Assembly (NCBI RefSeq): GCF_018977255.1
Contig: NW_024704743.1
Span: 62,870,001 to 62,934,000, forward strand
Direction: 5' to 3'
Origin: Callorhinchus milii
Taxonomy: Eukaryota
DNA length: 64,000 nt
How positions within the stretch are numbered: the first letter of the stretch is position 1; each line of letters starts with the position of its first letter. A model generated the notes under the pieces. That model did no database searches, was not told the origin of the DNA, and worked only from the letters and a program-made list of their open reading frames with translations. Of the stretch, positions 38,400 to 50,284 are shown one piece after another. The translations under genes and the position numbers were made by a program.

Positions 38400-39735
38400 T
38401 TAATATTTTAATTTACATTTCTGTCTATGTACAATGTACTCAACATTTGAAAACGCACAGGTTAACACAATAAAACACTGTTGGATGCTAAAGGAGCACA
38501 GAGATAGTTTATGAATACACTCTGTTGTCAAAAGCAAGGCACTCCCCCTTTAACAGCTAGGGTTCCTGAATTCAGCCTGCAGAGTTACTCTGAGCAACTG
38601 GCAATTGTCGCAATAAATACAGGCAAAGCCATTACAATAACATGCATTCAATCTTTATACAAATAAAGACGTTATGCAACACAAAAAAGTTTTGTATTAG
38701 TATATGGCATCAACAGTATAAACATCATACAAAAACTTTTACGGACACGGAATGTTTAATGCAGTTGTGACTGCATTCCTTCCAGCACCTACATTCTCAG
38801 CACTCTGCACTCAGCCCTTCTGTGCCTGCAAGACATGCGGATCTTTCAGTCCTGATTCGCATTATCTTCACTTTACCGTGCTTGAATCCTCACCTCTTAA
38901 CACCTTCCATCATCGTCTAAAACGTGTACTCAAAACTCTTGTTTAATTAAAATGCCTCTAAAATGTTTCTCTCTCTCTCTCTCTCTCTCTCTGAGGAACT
39001 TGTGTAAGTGCTGCCTCCTTCCGATTCACAAGGTGTCTGTCCCCGTGCCGCTCATATTATTGATCAATACAAACATCACTACAGAGATTCAAGTTCAGGT
39101 AACTTTGTCAGTAAAGTTAGTGCCAACGATTCGTTGAAGTTCACCAAATTCTTTTAGTATTAAAATAAATTAGAGTTTGAAAAACAAACGGCTTTAACAC
39201 CATAGCACTTTCAAAAAATTGCACTTGAACATGTGAGCTAAGAGCCTTTGTCACTGCATTCTAAAAACAGAATCAATTATTTTGAACTTTTTTCAACAGA
39301 GGCGCGTTCCTTGCACCACCAGTCAGTCGCTGTACAAATAACACATTATGATTTCTACTAAAGGCATCAATCACAATAAAAAGCACTCTACCTTTGTAAC
39401 AACTTTGTTGTTAACATCATTTTTTTTTTAAGAAAAACATTTCCTATGAATCACCCAAGTACATTGGGACGACATGTTACAGACTAGAAAGAAGTCAGAT
39501 GAACCTGTCATGACAGGTTTCGTTCCCCGGGTGCTATGTTAGCATTCCCAAAAGCAGCAAGCAGACATTTTTTTTTATAAAGTACAGGATTCTGCAAAAA
39601 AAAGCGCCAAAGTCCTTGGGCATTGGGCAGTTAGAGCTGCTTTCTAGGGACAGAGGCCAGAGCACCAGCTTTTCACGTTACAATCTGCCTGGCCACTGGA
39701 GTGTGCGGTTGCCAAGAAGGAAGAGGCAAAATCTC
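38400..39735 (-). other. NR4A3: NR4A3 3' UTR (distal end uncertain)
   Basis: Largely TE-free AT-rich sequence after the stop. Minus-strand ATTAAA at 38412-38407; alternative AATAAA at 37954-37949. Confidence 0.55.
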
Positions 39736-39992
39736 TCAGAAAGGCAGTGTGTCCAGAAAGAGCTTGTCAATGATGGCAGGTGGTGGCACCAGGTCCTCCA
39801 GCTTCAGATAGAAGATACGTTGGAGCCCTTGTGTACGTAGGGAATGCAATTGAGGCAGGACGCCCAACACCTTGGACAGGGACTGCCCTTTGTTCTCCCC
39901 AGGACTGCTGAAGGATGTGTGTTCCTTCAGGCAGCTGATGATTCGGCTTTGCAATTCTTCCAGTTTCTTTGGTTCTTTTAACCCATGGCGCT
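39736..39992 (-). CDS. NR4A3: NR4A3 last coding exon: LBD end and AF-2
   Basis: [14 protein letters not shown]...[31 protein letters not shown] then TGA. CCACAG| acceptor, 257 nt. Summed CDS is 1782 nt with no frame break. Confidence 0.96.
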
Positions 39993-41249
39993 CTGTGGAA
40001 ACAAGGCAGAGAATCTTTATCAATACACTCCAGGATAACAAGGCTTTTTCCCGGACATTAAGTATACTGGAGTTCAAGTACACTGCTCACTAGCTCATTG
40101 GCATGGTTAATTATAAAGCTCTCCTGAACTGCAAGAGATTGAATGATGCATGCTGTCATATAATCTCTGGGACTTGCATTTGAATCAATGGGATATGAGG
40201 TTTCTTGTAAGTGTAAGGGTTCTCACACAAAATGAGTTTCATCCAATACAGGGTGACTAAAAAGTCGTGATACCATTATGACGTCTAATAAGTCTTTAAA
40301 AAATGATTTTTTTTAAAAAGATAATAGGATAGTTATCCCTACTTTTTGGTTACCCTGTATATCTGAACAAATAGCACAAAACTGCCTACAACTTGGCACA
40401 GATGGAAATCTGACTCTTGAGAACCCCTGAAGCCGTCTGGACTAGTTCACACCCCTGCTGTACAGGGACAATCTTATGATGTTTAGATTAAGGTAGATCC
40501 ATAGGGCAAAATTAGATTTTAAAAAAAGTGAACATGCAAATTTTAAGTGCCATTTCATGTTGAAGCTTCTCAAAGTGCTTCACACGTAACTGCTGTTAAG
40601 TGTATTGTAGGCAAACACAGCAGCTACTTGGGTCAGCAAGTCCCCAAAACAGCTATTTGGTGGATGTCCAATTATTCAGGAGGATTGTTGGGTGGAAAAC
40701 TAAGAGAAGCACTCTTCCTTGTCCCTTTGAATAATGCCATGGGACCTTTAACATTCACCTAACCAGGCAAACAGGACCTCAGTTTTCCCCTCCCCTCCTT
40801 CAAATCGGTGTGCTTCATTGTTGGTTGGCACTCCATCTAGTGGCTTGGCTGAGAACAGATACCCTTGTAACTGTGCCAGGATGACTGACCAGCAATTCTA
40901 TCCTGTGACCTTGCCCAGTTGGGTCTGAAGATGTCAACAAGGCTTGGTTGGTGTTCGAGAGCAAGGAAAACAGCCTTTCAGTGCTTATTTTCAACTGCAA
41001 ATTACACAGTCACTACACTTTTCAGTATATCCTGTGAAGTACTTTGAGATATCCTATCTATGTGAAAAAGTGCTCCAAAACACTATCCAGTGTGAAGGAC
41101 ACTACATAAATGCAAGTTGTTGTTATATCAAATGTAAAGAGTATTATTCATGGGCTCATGGCATAATTCAGATTCAGCTAGGCCAGTGTCCCCAACACTA
41201 TTTTCAACATCTGAAAATAATTCTCACTAATAATACTAAAACTACAGTT

Positions 41250-41822
41250 ACTAATAATAATCCGATATACCATATTATCAGGTTGTGGAAACATCTAAAA
41301 GCACTTCACAGGATTTTCTTGCAAAGTCTAGCATCTGTGTATTTGTAGTCAAATGTGGAAACCAATTAGCTTACTGTAATGTCCCATAAACAGCCATGAA
41401 GTGAATGCGTAATTTTATCTGGGAGATAATTATTTTGGGGAGGACAAGTTTGTAGGGCAATGGGAAGAGAGCAGGGGAGTGGGATTGATTTGTATAGCTG
41501 TTTCAAAGAGCAGGCACAGACACGATGGGCTGAATGGCCACCTTCTGTGTTGTATAATCCTATGATTGTTGGCCAGGACACCAGGAGAAACTCCCTTCTT
41601 TTTTCAAATAATGCTGTGGGAACTTAAATGTCCAACTGGACAGGCAGGCAGGCCCTTGTTTTAATGTTTCATGAGAAGGACAGCACCTCTGACAATGCAG
41701 CACACCCCAAAACTGTACTGAAGTGTCAGCCTAGACTATGATTTCAAAGTGTTGATGTGAGGTTTGAACCTACAACTATTTGACTTGGAGGCAAGATTGC
41801 TACTTGCTGAGCCAGGCTGACA
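41250..41822 (-). mobile_element. DeuSINE interrupted by a plus-strand CR1 tail fragment (about 41441-41568)
   Basis: Deu domain 41569-41770 and tRNA-like head to 41822. Insert ends GATGGGCTGAATGGCCACCTTCTGTG...CTATGATT. Confidence 0.7.
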
Positions 41823-43151
41823 CCTTAAGTGGGAACCCAAGATGATGGTGCCCGGCTTTTCAGACTGAATAGCGAACTACCATTCTTCAGAATTGAGAGG
41901 GGTATTTTGATAATTTTCCTTAAATAAAGAATACAGTGTATTCTAAATTACTGCACATTTGACCCCAGTCTCCTTGAGAAGCTAGTATGCAAATGTCTGC
42001 ACCACTGTTATGGCAGCTGAGCTGAGACACGAGTGGGTCATCTTGTTGGACATGCAATATCACCTGGAAGGGACAGCTGAGCAGACATGCTTTCTATCAG
42101 CTGAACATAGAGCAGCATTGACTTCAACATTTGTAAGCGAGCATGTGCCCTCCTTAATTATTATTATTATTAATTCTGTTTCTTATGGGTGAACTGAAGC
42201 AGAAGATCATTAAATGGGGAATTTATGAATGAATTTAAATGTTATGATATCTAGTATTTCTAGGTTACTTAAGGCCACAATCACTGTAATAATATAGTAG
42301 CCACTATTTACGCAGCATTCAATTCCCAGACGACAGTCCAGCTGTCAGCATCATAAACACTCAACCAGGAATTCCTCATGGAATCCAGAAGTGGTGCAGG
42401 AATGAAGCCAAAGGCTCCCAATGGTTGTTTCGCCCTCTCTAATTGTGCAGACATAACTTGCATCAAATTGTTTAATTGTCTGTAAGTTTCAAGTGTAAAA
42501 TCAGAATAATAAGAAGATCGGAACCTATAGAGGAAATCGTTATCACGTTTGCCGCTCTCTGGCAAAATGACCATCTGCAGAGATTGCCCACACCTATCTG
42601 GGAATCTGACTGAACAGCTGGACATCTGAATTGACTTGTCTAAAATGAAAGCAGGGAACAAAACCACAATCTGCTAATGCATATTCAACAGTCGCCCAAG
42701 CAAATCCTACAATGTATAATTATCAGGCCAGAAAAATAGTTTGCAATTGTATTCAGTCTTAAAGCTTAACAGGAATTGTTTTTATTCCTATAGGAATTGG
42801 CAACTGTGGGTAAAAGTCTGGCTCTATAGGGCAGGGAGATGCTAAATAGAAATCAGACCTGGAAAAAAATGTATGGTCAGTCCATCAGAGTGTTCACAAA
42901 GAACGTACAGCAAGAAAACAGACCGCTCACCTCAACCGATCTGTGCCAGTGTTTATACTCCACACGAGTCTTCATCCAATCCTTACTCCCTCTCATACCC
43001 TTCTATTCCCCTCTCCCTCGTGAAGGTCCAGCTTCCTCTTGAAGGCATCTAAACTATCTGATTCAACCACCGCTTCAGACAGCGAGTTCCACTACTAATC
43101 TCACTACCCTCTAATAAAACAAAATTCAAAAACAGTATAAATTATTCTTAC

Positions 43152-43330
43152 CTGTGATCATAACCAGAGTTGCTAGACATGCAAAAGCTGAGACATCAAG
43201 GTTAAGGCTTTGTAAGTTTGAAGAAAATTCCTTGATGGTGTCAAGCCATTCACCAAACCCACGAAGGCACTGAAGTCGATGCAAAACAAGTCCGTTACAG
43301 AATATAAATTTATCTTCTGCTGGAACGGCT
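43152..43330 (-). CDS. NR4A3: NR4A3 exon 7: ligand-binding domain
   Basis: [65 protein letters not shown]| acceptor, CAG|GTAAGA donor, 179 nt. Confidence 0.95.
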
Positions 43331-44104
43331 CTGTAAACAATAGTTAAAATTACAGTTAATGAACTGTAAAAACAGAGAACAATCATAATCTTTCCAATAT
43401 ACAAACTGAGGAGTTACACATTCTACAGCACTTAAAATAACAAATCTGTGCTCCTCTGTACAACAAACAACAACAACTTGCGCTTACATGAATGGGAATT
43501 AAAAATAAGGGTAACTTTGAGGGCATTGATGTTGACCAAAGGTGCAATTAAAAGGGTTTTTACAAATAGCTTTGAAGGCAGGGAGATAAGGAGCAAGCTG
43601 AAGGGAGTTTGGGAGAGCGTGCCAGAGAGTTATTTGGCTACAAATGGCTCAGGTTGACTGGTGTTCGGCTTTGCCTGCTACCTGGTGTTACCTCAAACCA
43701 AAATTCGAGGAATCACCAGTATATTAAGCATAAGAAATAAATGGTAATTATGCAGCTAAGATCAATTTTAACATCTGCTCCACTTTCCTTTAATCTGTTG
43801 TGTCATCTGTAAGTACAGGAAGAAATTTAATTCTGAGTCATTGCTAGCATCCTATGTAGTCTGCTTTATTGTGGAATGAATTACTCTATATTAATGTTTT
43901 TTTTCTACCATCATATGACATAAATATCCTATTGTGATTTGTTCAATAAGGCATCATGGTTTAATTTTGTGTACTTCAAAATACATTGAAATCAGCAATA
44001 AAATTGGATCAACATTCGATGGGAAACAATATAAAAGGATGCAGGAAAAGAGCAGGGAATTTGGATTAGAGTGGTTAGCTCCATTTTAAAAACAACTCAC
44101 ATTT

Positions 44105-44410
44105 AATAATAATCCTTGCATTTGATATAATGCTTTTTATGTCTTCTAGACGTCTCAAAGTGCTTCACAGAATATACTGTAAAGTGAATTGACTGTATAT
44201 TCGTAGGCGAAACACAGCAGCCAATTGCACACAGCAGTGTTCCACAAACAGTCATGGATTGAGTGACAAACATTTTTTTTTTTTTTTTTTGAGTGATTAT
44301 TATCCCCTGAAAAGTGATCTGCCAATTGACTAACAACCTGGGTTCCTACTTACTGCTAGGTAAACAGAGGCGTGTGGAGGAAGGAAACTTCCCCAACATT
44401 TTGCCCTGCA
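44105..44410 (-). mobile_element. SINE (long subfamily), 5'-truncated
   Basis: Colinear with 10368-10670. Confidence 0.85.
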
Positions 44411-45031
44411 GCAAAATTTTTACATAAAATAAATGTTTGAGTGCTTTATAGAATGCAATTAACTGAAAACTCTTATGTTGTTACATAGGCAAAATCAGAT
44501 GCTAATCTCCACCACTAACATTACCATCTACAAACAACAATTGTAGCCAATTCAGTTTTTGAATTTGTGGTAATTTGGATGAAGCGTGAATATAAACTAA
44601 AATAACAGGAAGGAAAACATTTTTATTTGAAACAGCACAGAAGGGTGTAGAATAACATCCACCTCAGGGTTGAATCGTCTCTTCCTACACAGTAATTTCT
44701 ATAATTCTATGATGCAATATATTCAAGGTTCACTCTCTTCTTCACCCTCTCTCGTACTCAATTCTTTGCATTTTACTAGACTTGAAGTTTTATAGTAAGA
44801 ATATTGTGTTTGTGTCTGAATGTTGAAAGGAACAGTACCATCAAGACTTGCATTGTAGTTTAACCACAATATCACACTATGTAACAAATTAGATTTCATG
44901 TGTTGACAATATGTATCACCTATATGTAGCAGGTTTATTCCCACATATTAAATGGCCTTTTTATAAAGTGTAAGATCTATGTTATGTACAAGAAGTTTGA
45001 ATTTGATGATTTTTTGGGGGAAAAGGTGTAC

Positions 45032-45231
45032 CTGTGGGAGAGTCTCAGTACAAAGAGTTCCAGGAAGGCCGATTCGATAAGTAGGGTCTGATCTTCCTTG
45101 GGGAGCTCATTAAATCCTGGGATCTTGTCAGCCCACCCTGCAGTGACTTCCATAGAGGTGGTGAGGAGGCCGTAAAACTGATTCACATGTTCAGCACCAG
45201 TGCCTGCTGTAGGCTGTTCAGTAGCACAGAA
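45032..45231 (-). CDS. NR4A3: NR4A3 exon 6: ligand-binding domain
   Basis: [23 protein letters not shown]...[37 protein letters not shown]| acceptor, CAG|GTACAC donor, 200 nt. Confidence 0.95.
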
Positions 45232-45669
45232 CTGCAGGAACAAAGAGCAATACATTACTCAGAGCAGGTCCACTTACATTAATCTCAATTCCAAACCCAT
45301 TACAGAAAATAAAGCACCAGATTGGCAGTTTAAAGCTCTCCTGAAAGGACCAGTTCTGCTGACTCTGAAAAGATCTGTACTGGAGACTTCCTCCATTAGT
45401 AGAAGAAATTATTTCCAGGTTTCCTGTATCAATCCTCAATAATTTCCAACTGAATTTTTAAAAATTATTCCCTCTCATTTTGTTCCCCTCCTCTCTCTTA
45501 AGGTGGTGTATGGTTAGTTCTACAGGTCCCCTCTGACACCTCAGCCAACCAGCCATTCTTTATGCCTGAGTCTGGACAGTGAATATTGACAAGGTGGTGT
45601 GAACACAAGAGGGGGGTTATCACAGTCAAATCTGATCATGTTTTCATCCAAAACCCAGACACAGCAATG

Positions 45670-46120
45670 ACAAATTGCATTTATATAGTACCTTTCATGG
45701 AAGGAACATTTCTCTAAAGGGATCACAGAGACTGAGTAGGAGCCTGAGCTGGGAGAGAGCCAGAGGGGGAGGGAATGTGGCCAAAGAGAGAGGTTTTTAA
45801 AGAGAGAGGCTTTTGAAGGTTGAAAAGGAAAGATGCAACGTGAAGGAATTTGGGAAAAGAGTTCCAGAGGGCAGGGGCAAAGTGGCTAAAACTATCCCAC
45901 TGAGGGTGGGATGGAGTAAGCGGGCTGGGGTGCACCAAGCAGAGTTAGCAGAGCAGAGGGAATTGCTAGGGGAGTAGGGACAAGAGCTTGTTATGGGAAA
46001 AGATGGGGTTTGTGGAGTTTTGGATGATCTGGTGCTTTGGAGGGTGAGGTTGGGGAGGCCATTGAGCAGGGCATCGGAGAAATTATGTCTGAAGGTGATG
46101 AAGACATGGATCGGAATTTC
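45670..46120 (-). mobile_element. Old L2 3' fragment
   Basis: FSHFAPALWNS and LKTSLF motifs; reversed L2 tail at 45675-45720. Confidence 0.65.
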
Positions 46121-47312
46121 TATGCATTAGTCAGTCCCTAATTTGTGGTGCTTCAACATCTTAAAATAATTAGAATTGCTTTTGATATCAGTAGCCTGCA
46201 ATGATGTTCCCGTGATTTGCATGGCAAAATATTTAACAAAAATCTGTTGTTTTGCAGCTGTGTAGATTTATGTAGAGAGGAAAGTGTTCCAGTATTTCAC
46301 AAATATACTCTTAGCATTCTTAGCACTGCAATTATACTCTTAGCGCTGCATAAGACCATATTTCCCAAGGAAGTAGTTTTGGAAAATATCTAATGCAAAA
46401 ACAAATCAAAATATCACCATCAGATCTGCTATTTTACAATTAGGGAAGCTCATCAAAAGTGTCTTTTGAATAAAGCATAAAAAGGTTTGCATCAATGAAC
46501 AAGTCAGGTTTCTCCATTATTCTAAATACAAACTTCAAGCACAGAACTATGTGCTAAAACATACATATATATAATATGGCATATTCGATTGATTAAAGCA
46601 TTGCACCATAAATGAAATACCATGATCTGACACATCACAGAGATTTCTGCTAACGCCACCAATTTAAAGTGTCATTAACAAGTTTTCTAGCTGGACTGGA
46701 TCACTCCGTGGGAGCTGCTGGAGATGTTACTATTCATGACACCCATGTCCTGGATTAGATTATAACTCAATCTGGGGGTTAACCTGGTTGCCTTTAGATT
46801 TCAGCCCTGTCAATCTTCCACATATTAGCTTTTCATTAGCTGTAAAACTGACCTGTATCATCAGCTTAGCAAGTCACTTTTCAGCCAATGAAAAATGTTT
46901 TTTTAAAAAAAGGTTCCTTCCACCTTTGAAAATAGACAGTGCTAACTGGAAGCAGAAGTATAAATGAAAAGCTTTTAGAATTGAAAAATTGGAAAAAATG
47001 TTAAGAGTAGTGTAAATACAGGTAGAAGGACTGAAATTCCACCTATACGGAGCAACTTTCACAATGATATTATAATGGAGAAATTCCATTGATATGGGAC
47101 AAGGCCAATGCCACAACACATAACGCAGACTGGAATTTCAGCTCAATTAGAGTAGGCAGAGCAAAAATAAAGAGAATAGAGTAAGGGAGGCTAACAGCCA
47201 AACAACAGGCAAGCACAGATAAATTAATTTATTTAATTTTATATTATGCTTTATATTTCAGTTTCTTTGCAGAAATTATAGTCAATGCTGCCGAATTAAA
47301 GCTATTCCAAAG

Positions 47313-47522
47313 CTAATAATCCCTCCAAAACCAATAATAAAAATTGGTCATTTTCAATCTACGACTGTTTGTGGGACATTGCTGTGCACAATTGGCTGCC
47401 GCGTTCGCCCACAAATATACAGTCAATTCACTTTACAGTGTGTTCTGTGAAGCGCTTTGGGACGTCCTCCCGACGTGAAAAGCGCTATATCAAATGCAAG
47501 GATTATTATTATTATTATTATT
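47313..47522 (+). mobile_element. SINE (short subfamily) 3' half
   Basis: Near-identical to the reverse complement of 10936-11147; (ATT)n tail. Confidence 0.88.
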
Positions 47523-49301
47523 TGAGTAGGTTTATTTATTTTTTATTTATTTGTTGAAAATGCACGGAACCAAAATTAGCCCATGGATACAGAACTTTCC
47601 ATATACAGTCTATCCTTTATAATGGTTAAAAGAGACTATTTATATTATTGAAACACAAGTAATTCCATTGTTACTACTTTGAGTCCTTTCTAAAAACTGC
47701 ACGTATTATCAAAAAGGTTAATTTGGTTTCAGTTACAATATTCTGTTTACTTTTGTAAGATACTTTATCCTTGGTTTTGACTGAAGTCTTTGGTTATGAA
47801 GAATTAATTTGAATATAGTAACAGCAAATGTTGATGCTGCACAAACTATCATTGTGAGAAGAGGGCAAATAAAATCACATTAAATGGATGCTTGGCATGT
47901 TAGAATCAGAAACGTGGCTGATTCACTAAAAATGACTCAAGCCTTTATTTACTGCTCTACTCATACCATGGTTGCACTATTGACTCATAAACCAAAGTGC
48001 AGCTTTTATAAATGCGAAGTACTGGAACGTTTTTCTCCCTACATATACAACAACAATTTGTCAAACATTGTTCCATGCAAAATCACCAGAACTTCTACAG
48101 AGACTTTCATATTATACAAATAAGTAATGATCATTCACAACAAAGGACATACACTTCATAAACATATGAAGATAAAACAGTGACCATTTTAGTGCTCTTT
48201 CGTAAACGAACCATTGCTGCACAGTCAATTTACAGTACACCTTAATGTCCAAGCAAAGGTCCAGAGAGGTACATCCTGTAACTGCAGTATTCACTAGTTA
48301 AAAATCATCTTGAAAATCTCGGAATTAGATCTTTATCTACAAATTTGTGGAGCACAGCAACATTTTCACATCGTGGAATAATCTTATTGAAAACTAAGCT
48401 AATCTGCTACTGTTGATGGAGCTTCCGCTGGGATCAAGGAAAATGCTTTTTTTTTAAAAAAAGCACCAAAAAGCTGCTGAACAGCTATTGTTTACATGGG
48501 TACCTCAGTATTTATACTATTCTGTGGTTGTAAAATAGCAGATCTGAGAGTGATATTTTGGCCTGTTTTTCCATTCAATATTTTACAAAACTACTTTTTC
48601 ACGAAAGATGTACTTATGCAGTACTAAGAATATAAAGCTGTTTAACACTTAAACTGATTGTTAGTTACATTTATTCTACGAAAATGGAGTATTTTGGAAC
48701 TCCATCCCAGAGTCCCTTTGCCTCGGAGCTTCCCTAGCCTCCTTTAAAGTCTGTCTCTGGACCTTCCTCTTTTCCATTCCATCGGTAATTTTCACCCCCC
48801 CACCGAATCCAACCCCAGCTCAAGTGCAAACCCTTGGCTGTCCATCCTTGGGACATGGGACATCCTCTCGACATGAAAGGAGCTCTATGTCCTTCCTCTA
48901 TTCTCTGAATTTTTTTTGATCAATGTAATGCAACATACTGCTATAAATAAAAACTTTGAATTTTAGATTATTTTTCTAAAAGATCATAAAAGACGCATGG
49001 TATATAAAGAACAACGTGGAGGTCGAGGTCTCTTTAGACACTCAGCAGTGTGACTCGTTGACACATCGTGAGCAGAACGTCCTCCACATAAAATAATGAA
49101 GTGTAAAAATTTTTCAGCAGTCAATACGTGACAAAACACAAGAATTATTTAAGCGAGCGTGCTGCAACCAACATGAAAGTGATGTGGTTACTGTGTTAAT
49201 AGCTTCTGATCTGATAGGGTCACTCATTATACCGTCTCATCACACCCCACCCAAGACTGATGCAATATTGTGGGATTCCATCTATGGCAGCTCATGCTTA
49301 C

Positions 49302-49462
49302 CTGGGAGTAATTGAGGCTGCTTGGAGTGGAATCCACTAATGCCCTCACAAGGGCATTCATCATAGTGATTGGCGGTGAGGGCGGTGATGGCTCCTGAGG
49401 GGGGCTCTTTGGTTTTGAGGGCAGACGACCCCTTCTCCCTTTTAAACTATCTGTACGGACCA
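49302..49462 (-). CDS. NR4A3: NR4A3 exon 5: C-terminal extension (A-box) and hinge
   Basis: [60 protein letters not shown]| acceptor, CAG|GTAAGC donor, 161 nt. MMNALVRAL is NR4A3-type. Confidence 0.95.
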
Positions 49463-50154
49463 CTGGAGAAATGAAGAAAGAGAGAAAGGTCAATAAGGAC
49501 AATTCACGGAACCTGTACAGTTTCAGATTTAACTCTCCAGTTATCTGAGGATCACATCAATTGAACAATCCATTGACAACATGTCATGTAAAAAAATGTT
49601 TCAGTCAATTTATAGATTGTTTAGAAAATATGCTAAAATGTTAATTGCATCTCTGTACTTTTTTTAAAAAAAGTTTCCAGCTAAAGAACATTGATAATTT
49701 GAAAAAAAACGAATGCAAAACACTTTATGCCTATACATTGAACACTGTGTATCAGGAGTGCAATGCGCAGTTGCTTCTTGCAGTTCTGGTTTCCTGTTTG
49801 GCTCATCCAGAATGGTCTATTACAGGACAGTTTACCAGGGTGAGCAAACGATATTTGCAGCATGGCTTTTGAAGATTGCGAAAAAAAACCAACAGGAAAT
49901 GTACAAAGTGTACTGAATTTGGAGAAACCTGGTCAGTGCATTGGTTAAAGTGTCAGAGAGTGACATTTTATTGCCTTCTCGGGCTGTTGTTCAAAATTGT
50001 CATGGGTCATAAGTACACACAAAGGGGCTCTGAGCAAATTTACTACTAACTACACAATGAATGATCAAGTTCAAGACAAGACGGTGTTCTTTTAGCTTTT
50101 ACCATTCTGCCAGAAAGAGGGGTTGTATAATTGAAAACCAAAGTCAGTTCTCAC

Positions 50155-50284
50155 CTTCCTTAACCATCCCCACAGTGAGACATTTCTGAAATCTGCAATA
50201 TTGGCATCGATTACGCCGCCTCTTATCCACCGGACAATTTTTGTTTGCCAGACAGACGTATTTAGCATTTTTCTGGACCGTCCT
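50155..50284 (-). CDS. NR4A3: NR4A3 exon 4: second zinc finger
   Basis: [49 protein letters not shown]| acceptor, AAG|GTGAGA donor, 130 nt. The correct frame is not shown in the ORF track. Confidence 0.96.

Noticed and set aside
49485..49492. NBRE upstream of exon 5 (and another at 21111 in STX17 coding sequence)
   Set aside because: Explained by the branch/pyrimidine region and by codons respectively; the total count is near chance.
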